Source: a virus | Taxonomy: Duplodnaviria > Caudoviricetes | Length of the DNA stretch: 57,051 nt | Direction: 5' to 3' (one strand) | IMG/VR virus record: IMGVR_UViG_3300025168_000102 | Location: 1 to 57,051 of that record | Shown: positions 40,183 through 49,020 of the stretch, one piece after another | Numbering within the stretch: the first letter of the stretch is position 1 | How the letters are laid out: each line of letters opens with the position of its first letter | The notes under the pieces: model-generated | What the model was told of the DNA's origin: nothing | Database searches by the model: none | What the model saw: only the letters and a program-made list of their open reading frames with translations | Program-made: the position numbers and the translations under genes

Positions 40183-40458
40183 TTATCCTTTATGTTTATT
40201 AACGATATGTTTTACATCCTGATTAATGCACCATTCATCATAACTATTTAAGAAATTATTAATTTCTTCAATAGATACTTCATTGATTGGAGCACTACAA
40301 ACAGTTTCTACAAAGTCCATAATACTTGTTGGAACTTCTGAATGATCTTGATAATTATGCATAGGTAAATGTCTTTTCTCATTTCTTAACATAATCTTTG
40401 CCACCCTCTCTGGATCGGTTAATGCTTTGTAAATAGTATCTTTTTTATAGGTCATCAC
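40183..40458 (-). CDS. Hypothetical early protein
   Basis: GAGGGG RBS; 91 aa. Confidence 0.55.
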   Translation of the reverse strand: MMTYKKDTIYKALTDPERVAKIMLRNEKRHLPMHNYQDHSEVPTSIMDFVETVCSAPINEVSIEEINNFLNSYDEWCINQDVKHIVNKHKG

Positions 40459-40480
40459 GTTACCCCTCTTTAGTTAAAAA

Positions 40481-40530
40481 ATCTACTTAGTCAGTGAGTG
40501 CCTAAAAGACACTCACTTAGCTAAGTAGAT
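40481..40530 (-). promoter_or_regulatory. Long intergenic hairpin with internal loop
   Basis: ATCTACTTAG..AGTGAGTG-loop-CACTCACT...CTAAGTAGAT. Confidence 0.7.
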
Positions 40531-40760
40531 TAGGCTACGAACCGATTGTCCATACCCTCTGGTAAGTTATCAATATTCTTGATAACTTTATATGATCCAG
40601 TAGAGTGAAGCACTCTAACAGGTACTCCACCCTCTACAGCTTTGCTGTATGCTTTAGGATCATCAGCTTTGCTTGGAATGTCTTTCCAAGAATTACGAGT
40701 GATTTGCAATTTTGCATTCTTTTTTGGTTTCGTTGTAACGAGTTGTTGTAATGTTGCCAT
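40530..40760 (-). CDS. Hypothetical early protein
   Basis: GGAGG RBS; 76 aa. Confidence 0.6.
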   Translation of the reverse strand: MATLQQLVTTKPKKNAKLQITRNSWKDIPSKADDPKAYSKAVEGGVPVRVLHSTGSYKVIKNIDNLPEGMDNRFVA

Positions 40761-40787
40761 GTTAAACCTCCGATGGCTAGGGTTATA

Positions 40788-40833
40788 AGATATACTAACT
40801 TACTTCCTAAGAAGTCAGTAAGTAAGTCTATCT
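40788..40833 (-). promoter_or_regulatory. Tandem-GA hairpin element, copy 3
   Basis: Minus strand: AGATAGACT-T-ACTTACT-GA-CT-TCTT-AG-GA-AGTAAGT-T-AGTATATCT. Confidence 0.72.
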
Positions 40834-41024
40834 AAACTATTTCTCCTTTATAAAATCATTAAGTAACTTATCATCACCAATACCATAGTACTTGTACACA
40901 ACAAGTATATGATTAAATGCATACTCTCTTAGATATTGAAGTGATAAATCTTGAACAAACTTATCTGCTCTTTTCTCAAGTGCTGTAGTACTCATATTTA
41001 CTTCCCTTTCTTTTCATATCGTTT

Positions 41025-41207
41025 CTAAGAATTTGTTGTTTCCATACAGATGGCAACAAAGTTGCCAAAGATACAGATAACTCCACCAATCAAGGCAAGG
41101 ACTTGCATTTCATTGATAGAGTTACTTGTCAAGACAAAGATCGATCCACCTACCGTACCGATCAAACTAAGACACAAAGTTAAAAAATATAATTTTATCA
41201 TATTCAC
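41025..41207 (-). CDS. Small two-TM membrane protein
   Basis: Two hydrophobic helices; AGGA RBS. Confidence 0.5.
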   Translation of the reverse strand: MNMIKLYFLTLCLSLIGTVGGSIFVLTSNSINEMQVLALIGGVICIFGNFVAICMETTNS

Positions 41208-41225
41208 AAACTTTCCTATAAAAGT

Positions 41226-41429
41226 TTAATATAAATCCTCTGGGACAAAAGCATATAATGCTTCATGGATATCATCAAAAGTACCTTGTGGAGTACCAGT
41301 AGTGGTACACCAAACATCAACAGCCCCATCAATTGAACCAATTGATACTTCAGCTTCAAGGTCAGCAGTCTCATCGTTGAGACTAAAAAGATGGTTTAAG
41401 TGTTCAACGTCTATTTTCAAATTGCTCAC
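41226..41429 (-). CDS. Small acidic early protein
   Basis: AGGAGA RBS plus GTG; first ORF of the left arm. Confidence 0.55.
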   Translation of the reverse strand: MSNLKIDVEHLNHLFSLNDETADLEAEVSIGSIDGAVDVWCTTTGTPQGTFDDIHEALYAFVPEDLY

Positions 41430-41446
41430 TGCAAATCTCCTATTTA

Positions 41447-41511
41447 AGGTTATCTATGTTTTATATATCTCTCTCCTAAGTAGGAGAGATATATTAAAAC
41501 TTATATAACCT
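41447..41511 (-). promoter_or_regulatory. Long imperfect intergenic hairpin
   Basis: AGGTTAT..GTTTTATATATCTC..TCCT-AAGT-AGGA-GAGATATAT.TAAAAC..ATAACCT. Confidence 0.6.
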
Positions 41512-41730
41512 AATGGTTTCATCATATCAACTCATCATCCACTCTGGATGAATAAGCTGGGTTCATCAAATCCCGAACCATAAGACTTGGCTGTTGTCTT
41601 AGATATTCTGTAGGAATATCAAAGGCTTGGGAATATCTGGATAGTCTCTGACTATGGCTCAAAGAGTAATACTATAGCCATAGGCTATGAAACTCTCCAG
41701 CTTCATCGTCAAACCAACCAAACTCTATCA

Positions 41731-41794
41731 ATATCTCTTGAGTTTCTACAGTTAGTTCGTAAGAACTCACTAACTTAGAAACTCTAAGAGATAT
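41731..41794 (-). promoter_or_regulatory. Tandem-GA hairpin element, copy 4
   Basis: Stem of ~25 bp; the 20-nt core TAGTTCGTAAGAACTCACTA at 41753-41772 is identical to 37007-37026. Confidence 0.78.
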
Positions 41795-41987
41795 AGAATA
41801 TCTCTGCTATGTCTTGATTGTCTATGGGGGTGGGGGGAAAGATCCGTGGGGGTATATATATATAAACAGGGGGTGACATATATTTAAAAAAATACTAGGT
41901 CTTCATCATATTAACTTTTAGATCCGTACCCTAGAGATAAAAAAAGAGATAAAGATACTATATCTTTACCCCCCGGACTATATAGTT

Positions 41988-42016
41988 AGTATAACATATA
42001 TTTTTCTACTTGGCAA
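41988..42016 (-). promoter_or_regulatory. Leftward (early) sigma70-type promoter
   Basis: TTGCCA-17 bp-TATACT with a TG extended -10. Confidence 0.65.
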
Positions 42017-42038
42017 CTATTAAAAAGTATGTTATTAT
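42010..42038 (+). promoter_or_regulatory. Rightward (packaging/structural) sigma70-type promoter
   Basis: TTGGCA-17 bp-TATTAT with a TG extended -10. Confidence 0.6.
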
Positions 42039-42083
42039 AGTGTAGTAACAGTATTAATTAAAAAAAAGGGTTAGTAATGTATA

Positions 42084-42386
42084 ATGGTATATGATAGTAA
42101 GGAAGATTCTTTAAGAGAGATGGAGAAACTTATGGACTTAAAGGAAGGTGAGTTAGATAATCAATTTACTCAGCTATCTTCTTTATCTTGTTGTACAGTT
42201 ATAAGTCAAATATTAAAAGAAGTAACAGGAGGATTAGCAGTAGCTCCTGCAGCCTTACAAAGATCTTATAGAGGAGAGAAGATAAGAGATTATGTAACTC
42301 ATGTTATTACTGTACTTATGGATTTACGTTTATTATATTTAGAGGATCATAAAAAGAATGAGAACAGAAGAAAACATAAACATTGA
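42084..42386 (+). CDS. Hypothetical protein upstream of TerL
   Basis: 100 aa; overlaps the TerL start. Confidence 0.5.
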   Translation: MVYDSKEDSLREMEKLMDLKEGELDNQFTQLSSLSCCTVISQILKEVTGGLAVAPAALQRSYRGEKIRDYVTHVITVLMDLRLLYLEDHKKNENRRKHKH

Positions 42387-43914
42387 TTATGAACAAATAG
42401 AATCATTATTATCATTAAGAACATCATTAGATAATTATTCTACAGCTAAAGCTAATACTAACTTCTTATCGTTTGTTAAACGTACAGCCCCTACCTTAGT
42501 ATCTGATTGGAAGATGGGTAAACATATTGAAGTTATATCAGATAAACTACAAAAGATATTAGATGGGGATATTAAAAGATTAATGGTCTTTCTTCCTCCT
42601 CGTAGTTCTAAATCTGTTATATGTTCTAAGTTATTTCCTGCATGGTATATAGGACAACATCCTAATCATGAAGTATTAACTGTATCTCATAGTGATCAAC
42701 TATCATCTGATTTTGGTAGAGCAGTAAGGGATATTGTTAATAGTGAAGACTTCCAGAATATATTTACAGGTGTAAGTCTTAGACAAGATGTACGTGCGGC
42801 TGGTAAGTGGCAGACAAATCAGAAGGGATCTTATTATGCTGCTGGTGTACGATCACAGATTGCTGGTCGTGGTGCTCACATAGCTATCCTTGATGATGTC
42901 ATGTCTGAAGAAGATTCCTTTAGTGCGGCAGGTAGACGGTATGTAAAGGAATGGTGGCCTTCTGGTTTACGTACTCGTATCATGCCTAATGGTTCAATTG
43001 TTATTATTAATACCCGGTACCATCATGATGATTTATGTGGTTGGTTATTAAAACAAGAACGAGAGATGAAAGATTACGTAACAATTCCTTGGGAGGTTAT
43101 TAAGATACCTGCATGGGTTGATGAAGAAACTTCTGATCTTTTAGATCTTCCTGTTGGGTCATCTTACTTTCCTGAGTGGAAACCAAAAGAATTACTTAAA
43201 ATAGATGAAGAAGAAATCAAAGCTACTAACGGTACAAAGTACTGGGAGTCTCTTTATATGCAGAACCCTACTCCAGAAGAGGGTGGTCTTATTAAAAAGA
43301 AATGGATTGAGTGGTGGCCTCATGAAGATCCACCTGGTTGTGATTTTATTATTCAAACATATGATACAGCTTTCTCCACAAAGACAACTGCTGATTATAG
43401 TGTTATTCAAACATGGGGTATCTTCTATGCTCCTGAACAAACCCATGATGGAATTGAAAGTTCAGAAGCACAATTAATTTTATTAGGGAACCTTCGTGGT
43501 CGTTACGAGTATCCTGAACTCAGACGTATGGCTCAAATGTCTTTTGATGAACACAAACCAGATGTTTGTATAGTAGAGAAAAAAGCTAGTGGTCAATCAT
43601 TAATCCAGGATATGCGTAGGGCTGGTCTACCTGTATTAGACTATACTCCTGATCGAGATAAGATATCCAGAGTCTATGCTGCAACTCCTTCAATGGAAGC
43701 AGGAAGAGTATGGTTTCCTAAAGGAAAGAAATGGGCAGAAGAGTTAGTGGATGAACTGATTGTCTTTCCGAATGGAGCACATGATGACCAAGTAGATGCT
43801 ATGACAATGGCTGTTCATTACATGAAAGATTCTTGGAACTTATTACACCCTGATGATCCTGATGCAGAAGATGAACAAAAAAGTAAAAAAAGAGTTGCCT
43901 ACTGGAACTTTTAA
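42358..43914 (+). CDS. terL: Terminase large subunit
   Basis: Walker A PPRSSKS, Walker B IAILDD, TRYH, LYMQNP; nuclease YDTA and HDDQVDA. Confidence 0.95.
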   Translation: MRTEENINIDYEQIESLLSLRTSLDNYSTAKANTNFLSFVKRTAPTLVSDWKMGKHIEVISDKLQKILDGDIKRLMVFLPPRSSKSVICSKLFPAWYIGQHPNHEVLTVSHSDQLSSDFGRAVRDIVNSEDFQNIFTGVSLRQDVRAAGKWQTNQKGSYYAAGVRSQIAGRGAHIAILDDVMSEEDSFSAAGRRYVKEWWPSGLRTRIMPNGSIVIINTRYHHDDLCGWLLKQEREMKDYVTIPWEVIKIPAWVDEETSDLLDLPVGSSYFPEWKPKELLKIDEEEIKATNGTKYWESLYMQNPTPEEGGLIKKKWIEWWPHEDPPGCDFIIQTYDTAFSTKTTADYSVIQTWGIFYAPEQTHDGIESSEAQLILLGNLRGRYEYPELRRMAQMSFDEHKPDVCIVEKKASGQSLIQDMRRAGLPVLDYTPDRDKISRVYAATPSMEAGRVWFPKGKKWAEELVDELIVFPNGAHDDQVDAMTMAVHYMKDSWNLLHPDDPDAEDEQKSKKRVAYWNF

Positions 43915-43923
43915 GTGTATACT
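43895..43923 (+). promoter_or_regulatory. Promoter upstream of portal
   Basis: TTGCCT-17 bp-TATACT; shares TTGCCTACT...AGTGTATA with the element at 47426. Confidence 0.6.
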
Positions 43924-43949
43924 TATAATTATAAAGTGGAGGATATTAT

Positions 43950-46487
43950 ATGGCAATAGAAAAAAATCCTTATGACACGGATAAGACTAATGTTGTTCCT
44001 ATGAACATGGAAGCAACAGAGGAGTCTTCTGCATCTTTTGAAGTAGAACCAGATGGAGGAGTAACTGTCGATTTAGGATCAGAAGAAATTTTAACTGAAG
44101 AAGATGAGCCTATTGGTTTAGGTGAATGGTACGATGATCTATCTGAACAGATAGACGATGACGAACTAGATGATATTGCAAATCAAGTTTATAACAATTA
44201 TCAAAGTGATAAAGATTCCCGGGGTGAATGGGAAGATATGTTTGAACGAGGGTTTGATCTCTTAGGTTTAAAACTTCAAGATGCAACAGAACCATTTGAA
44301 GGTGCATGTACAGCCGTACATCCTTTACTCATTGAGTCAGCAGTTAAGTTTCAATCAAAAGCTTCTCAAGAATTATTTCCTGCTGGTGGTCCAATTAAAA
44401 CTCAGATCATTGGTAAGCAAACTCCTGAAAGGGAAATGCAAGCTAATCGTGTTAAGGACTTTATGAATTATCAAGTCACTGAACAGATGACTGAATACTT
44501 CGATGAGTTTGAAAGAATGTTATTTCATTTAGCATTAATAGGATCAGCTTTTAAAAAGATTTATTATGATGCAAACTTAAAACGTCCTGTTTCAGAGTTT
44601 GTACCTATTGATCAGTTTTATGTTTCATATTATGCTAGTGATCTTAGAAGGGCTGATCGATACACTCATGTAATCTATCGTAGTCCTAATGATCTTAAAA
44701 GGGATATCGCTGCTGGAATCTATAATGAAATAGATTTACCTCAACCTGGTAATCCTGATCTTAATGCAATGGGAGAGAAGATGAACACTATTTTAGGGTT
44801 CTCTCCCTCTAGTGATAATGATCCACAGTTTACATTACTAGAACAACATTGTTATCTAGATCTTCCTTCACCATTTAATGATCCTGATGGAGTAGCCTTA
44901 CCTTATATTGTTACAATAGAAGAAAGTTCAAAACAAGTTTTAAGTATTCGTAGAAACTTTAACCAAGATGATCCTAGTCGAGAAAAGAAAATACACTTTA
45001 CACACTATAGGTTTGTTCCTGGATTTGGTTTCTATGGGTTTGGCCTAATTCATTTCTTAGGTAATCTGACAATGACTGCTACTGCAGCCATGAGAGCCTT
45101 AGTTGATGCTGGTCAATTTGCGAACTTACCCGGAGGTTTTAAAGCAAAGGGTGTAAGGGTAGTTGGTGACAATGATCCTATCGCTCCCGGTGAGTTTAAA
45201 GAAGTGGAGTCAACTGGTATTGATCTCTCAAAGGCTATTGTTCCCTTGCCATATAAGGAGCCTTCCTCAACTCTTTACCAGATGCTTCAGTTTGTAGCTG
45301 CTGCAGGACAAAGATTTGCCGATAGTTCAGAACAAGTTATTTCTGAAGGATCGTCTTATGGTCCTGTAGGAACGACAATGGCACTGCTTGAAGCATCAAG
45401 CAAGTTCTTTAGTGCAATTCATAAACGACTGCACAAATCTCAGAGAGATGAATTTAGATTGTTAGCTTCAATTGATTATGAATACTTACCATCTAAATAT
45501 CCGTATGAGATTCCTAATGCTGATCAGCAAATATTTAGGAAAGACTTTGATGGTCGAGTTGATGTATTACCTGTCAGTGATCCAAACATTCCTTCAAATG
45601 CTCACCGTATGATGATGGCTCAAATGGCACTTCAACTATCCCAAAACTCACCTCCGGGTATGTTCAATCTTGAAGCATTAAATAGAACAATTCTTAATTC
45701 AGCTAACATGCCTAACATTGAAGAGATACTACCACCTAAACAACAGCCTCGTACTCTTGATCCTGTATCAGATATTATGGCTGCAACAAAAGGAATTCCT
45801 ATTGCTGCTTTTCCAGGTCAAGATCATGAAGCTCATATCAAAGTAAAGATGGCTTATATGCAAGATCCAGCTAATGGGGCTAATCCTATTATGCAAAGAA
45901 TTGTTCCTATACTCCAAGCTAATATTCAAGAACATTCAGTAATGAAGTATCAAGAACAGATGAGTGGAGTAACTCAACAGATGGCTCAAGGTTCTCAAGA
46001 TCCTGCTGTTATTGAACAAGCAATGGCTCAAGCTGCTCAACAGGTAATGCAAGCTAATCAAATGGCTGCTCAAAATATGGGACAGTCTATTGAACAGCAA
46101 ACAATTAACTTACAAAAAGATCAGCTTATGTTAGAGAAAGAAAAGCTTGATATAGAAGCTATGAAAGATGCTGCTGATCTTGAGATTAAAAACCGACAGA
46201 TTACTCTTAAAGAGAGTGAACTTAAAGTTAAAACAATTTCAGAAGGTGCAGTAGCATTAATGAAAAGTGAAGAGAGAGAACAAGATCGAGCTTTACAACA
46301 AACTAACGATACGATAAAAGTTTTAACTGATGTTGCCAAAGCTACATTAGAAGATGAAACAAAAAAACAAATGAAGCTTGCAGGAATTCAAGCTGACTTT
46401 GCTAAACAAGAAATGAAAACTGAACGTGATATAGAACTAGAAAATATTAAAACACATAGAGATGAACGACTAGAAGGAGAGGAGTAA
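43950..46487 (+). CDS. Portal protein (P22-like, long)
   Basis: 845 aa immediately after TerL; 'RVKDFMNYQ', 'GSAFKKIYYD', 'GFYGFGLIH', 'PVGTTMAL'; C-terminal coiled coil. Confidence 0.85.
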   Translation: MAIEKNPYDTDKTNVVPMNMEATEESSASFEVEPDGGVTVDLGSEEILTEEDEPIGLGEWYDDLSEQIDDDELDDIANQVYNNYQSDKDSRGEWEDMFERGFDLLGLKLQDATEPFEGACTAVHPLLIESAVKFQSKASQELFPAGGPIKTQIIGKQTPEREMQANRVKDFMNYQVTEQMTEYFDEFERMLFHLALIGSAFKKIYYDANLKRPVSEFVPIDQFYVSYYASDLRRADRYTHVIYRSPNDLKRDIAAGIYNEIDLPQPGNPDLNAMGEKMNTILGFSPSSDNDPQFTLLEQHCYLDLPSPFNDPDGVALPYIVTIEESSKQVLSIRRNFNQDDPSREKKIHFTHYRFVPGFGFYGFGLIHFLGNLTMTATAAMRALVDAGQFANLPGGFKAKGVRVVGDNDPIAPGEFKEVESTGIDLSKAIVPLPYKEPSSTLYQMLQFVAAAGQRFADSSEQVISEGSSYGPVGTTMALLEASSKFFSAIHKRLHKSQRDEFRLLASIDYEYLPSKYPYEIPNADQQIFRKDFDGRVDVLPVSDPNIPSNAHRMMMAQMALQLSQNSPPGMFNLEALNRTILNSANMPNIEEILPPKQQPRTLDPVSDIMAATKGIPIAAFPGQDHEAHIKVKMAYMQDPANGANPIMQRIVPILQANIQEHSVMKYQEQMSGVTQQMAQGSQDPAVIEQAMAQAAQQVMQANQMAAQNMGQSIEQQTINLQKDQLMLEKEKLDIEAMKDAADLEIKNRQITLKESELKVKTISEGAVALMKSEEREQDRALQQTNDTIKVLTDVAKATLEDETKKQMKLAGIQADFAKQEMKTERDIELENIKTHRDERLEGEE

Positions 46488-46490
46488 CTA

Positions 46491-46685
46491 ATGGGTAAAT
46501 CAACAAATCGTGGGTTATCAGGTAATAATGATCAAAGTGAGTCCGTAGGTAACTTTGATAACATACCTTCTTCAGAATGGTCTGTAAGAGCAAAGAGTGG
46601 GATTACAGATGAGTTTGAAAAAAGTACGTGGGCTATTCCAAACCCTACGAAAAAAACTCGTGAGAATAAAGGACCAGGATTATGA
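46491..46685 (+). CDS. Hypothetical protein
   Basis: AGGAG RBS; 64 aa. Confidence 0.5.
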   Translation: MGKSTNRGLSGNNDQSESVGNFDNIPSSEWSVRAKSGITDEFEKSTWAIPNPTKKTRENKGPGL

Positions 46686-46800
46686 TTGAAGGGATTATAG
46701 CTAAGTTTGAAGCTATGCATTGTAAGTGTGGATTATCTTGTAAGTCTATGTGGGTTGCAGTAGCTGCTTTAATTATATCTATTTGGGCTGCCACATCTTA

Positions 46801-47001
46801 ATGGATATTTGGGATGAAGTACTACAATCATATAATAAAGAAATTGATACATTAAAGAATTCGTTAGCATCTGGAAGTATAGAAGACTATGCTCACTATA
46901 GACAGTTAGTCGGGTCTATTAGTGGTATAGAATGGTCACGACAAGAAATAAAAAATATTCTAAAACGTATACAACATTCAGATGATGAAGAGGACTTTTA
47001 A
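46801..47001 (+). CDS. Hypothetical protein
   Basis: ATG at 46801; 'LASGSIEDYAHYRQLVGSISG'; precedes the GroES-like gene. Confidence 0.6.
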   Translation: MDIWDEVLQSYNKEIDTLKNSLASGSIEDYAHYRQLVGSISGIEWSRQEIKNILKRIQHSDDEEDF

Positions 47002-47421
47002 ATGAGACAACCACCATTAGCAAATGCTATTAAGAATGATGAATGGATTGATTCTATAGAAGGAGAACCAAAGGTTATTAACTTACCAAATATTCCAGGT
47101 TATCATATTCTTGTAAGACCTATGACTGTTAAAGCAAAAACAAAGAGTGGTATCTTTATTCCTGACTCTTTACAAGATGATATTGCTTATCTAACAACTG
47201 TAGGTAAAGTAGAAGTAGTAGGAGAGTTGGCTTATGAAGATAAGAATAAATTTCCTAAAGGAGCTTGGTGTAAAGTAGGGGATCATGTCTGTTATGGTAA
47301 ACATACAGGTCAGAAATTATTTTATGAAGGTCAAAGGTTTATCTTAATCTTTGATGATCAAATATTAATGAGAGTAGATTCTCCTGAAGACTTAGATCCT
47401 ACATTTAATTTAAGTCATTAA
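47002..47421 (+). CDS. GroES-like co-chaperonin
   Basis: GYHILVRP, TKSGIFIPD, GKVEVVG, CKVGDHV.YGKHTG and LIFDDQIL. Confidence 0.85.
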   Translation: MRQPPLANAIKNDEWIDSIEGEPKVINLPNIPGYHILVRPMTVKAKTKSGIFIPDSLQDDIAYLTTVGKVEVVGELAYEDKNKFPKGAWCKVGDHVCYGKHTGQKLFYEGQRFILIFDDQILMRVDSPEDLDPTFNLSH

Positions 47422-47425
47422 AAAC

Positions 47426-47455
47426 TTGCCTACTAGGTAAGTAATAGTGTATAAT
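47426..47455 (+). promoter_or_regulatory. Promoter upstream of scaffold/capsid genes
   Basis: TTGCCT-18 bp-TATAAT. Confidence 0.6.
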
Positions 47456-47502
47456 AAACTTTTAGACGTAATACGTTTGAATCGTCAACAACGGAGTAAA
47501 TT

Positions 47503-48495
47503 ATGAGTGAAGAAAAAGAGATTGAAGTAGAAGAAGTAGAAGAAGCTAGTTGGAATAAAATAGAAGTAGATCCCAAAGAAGATCTTAAAGTAGAGGTTAC
47601 TCAAGAAACAAAAGAAGAAGTAGTAGAAAAAGTTGATACTACTAGTGAAAAAGAAGAGAGTGATACTCCTGAACTAGAGGGGATTGAAACTAAAGGAGCA
47701 GAAAAAAGAATTAGAAAATTAATTCGTCAACGTAAAGAACGTGATGAGGAAATTCAAAATTTAATTCAAGAGAAGAGTCAACTACAATCACAATTACATA
47801 ATAAACAAGATGAAGTTGCTTCAAGTGCTAAACATAATATTGAATTAAATTCTAAACAAGTTGATGATAAAATTGAATTAGCTAGAGCTGCTTACTTAAA
47901 TGCTTTTGATAGTGGAGACAAAGAACAATTACTTCAATCACAAGAAATTTTAAATCAAGCTCAATTTGAAAAACAACGTATTGATGAAGCAAAAGTTGCA
48001 TTAATAAATTATGAAAAGACACAGGCAAATCAAAGAACAGCCCAACAACAACAAGTTCAAGAAAAGCCTGATCCTAGAGCAATGAGATGGGCATCTGAAA
48101 ATGATTGGTTTGGTAAAGATCAAATCATGACTTATGGTGCATTAGAGATAGATAAAGAATTAAAGTCTGAGGGATGGGATCCCAGTGAAGACGAATTTTA
48201 TTTAGAAGTGAATAGTAGACTTCAGAAAACTTTTCCTAATAAATTTGAAGGAAAATCTGAAGAATCAAATTCACAAAGTCGTAAGCAGGAAACGTCACCT
48301 GCTCAAGTGGTTGCTGGTACGTCACGCTCTCCCAGTACTTCCAATAGCCGTAAGGTTAAACTAAGTCAAGAAGACATCCGTTTGGCTAATAAATGGAAGA
48401 TACCACTTGAAGTATATGCTGCCGAAAAGCTTAAAGTCGATAAGGCTGAAGGTGAATATACGAATGTAGCAACCAATAAGCGTGGAGGACAATAA
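47503..48495 (+). CDS. Probable capsid scaffolding protein
   Basis: Acidic N-terminus, coiled coil, 'WASENDWFG'; lies between portal and MCP. Confidence 0.7.
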   Translation: MSEEKEIEVEEVEEASWNKIEVDPKEDLKVEVTQETKEEVVEKVDTTSEKEESDTPELEGIETKGAEKRIRKLIRQRKERDEEIQNLIQEKSQLQSQLHNKQDEVASSAKHNIELNSKQVDDKIELARAAYLNAFDSGDKEQLLQSQEILNQAQFEKQRIDEAKVALINYEKTQANQRTAQQQQVQEKPDPRAMRWASENDWFGKDQIMTYGALEIDKELKSEGWDPSEDEFYLEVNSRLQKTFPNKFEGKSEESNSQSRKQETSPAQVVAGTSRSPSTSNSRKVKLSQEDIRLANKWKIPLEVYAAEKLKVDKAEGEYTNVATNKRGGQ

Positions 48496-48497
48496 TC

Positions 48498-48986
48498 ATG
48501 GCACGGACAGAATCACGTAGTTCACAAGACAGGGACCATCAAACTAGAGAAGAAGTTTATACATTTGAAGAAGAAGATGCTTTAGCTATCCCACAGGAAG
48601 TAGAAGACAGATTCAAAAATCAAGGTATGACCCTTCGATGGATACGAATTCATATACGAGGCGTTGACGATTATCAAAATGTCGGCAAACGTCAAAGAGA
48701 TGGATGGGTGTTCGTAACACCAGATGAAGTTCCAGAATTGAGTTCAACCTCTATCGTGATGGAGACAGGTCGCTATGCAGGTACGGTTGTTAGGGGGGAT
48801 GTGGCCCTAGCAAAAATGCCAGCAGGTCGTGCGAAAGCGAGACAAGAGCATTATGAGAATAAAGCAAACGAATTAATGAATGCTGTTAACAGCCAATTAA
48901 TGAGTAACAATGATTCTCGTATGCCCATTTTTAATACTAGTAAGTCAACCGTGACTAGAGGAAAAAATCCTAAGTTTCAGGATTGA
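48498..48986 (+). CDS. Conserved hypothetical head-module protein
   Basis: 'LRWIR...GWVFVTPDEVPE...GDVALAKMP'. Confidence 0.6.
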   Translation: MARTESRSSQDRDHQTREEVYTFEEEDALAIPQEVEDRFKNQGMTLRWIRIHIRGVDDYQNVGKRQRDGWVFVTPDEVPELSSTSIVMETGRYAGTVVRGDVALAKMPAGRAKARQEHYENKANELMNAVNSQLMSNNDSRMPIFNTSKSTVTRGKNPKFQD

Positions 48987-49020
48987 TCTTTTAGTTTGAT
49001 TATAGAAAGGAGAAAACTAA

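Noticed and set aside
41500-41545. Hammerhead-like core on the minus strand (aTGATGAG...GAAAC...GTT)
   Set aside because: C3 is A, breaking the C3-G8 pair; stem II is mostly G-U; no stem I can form.
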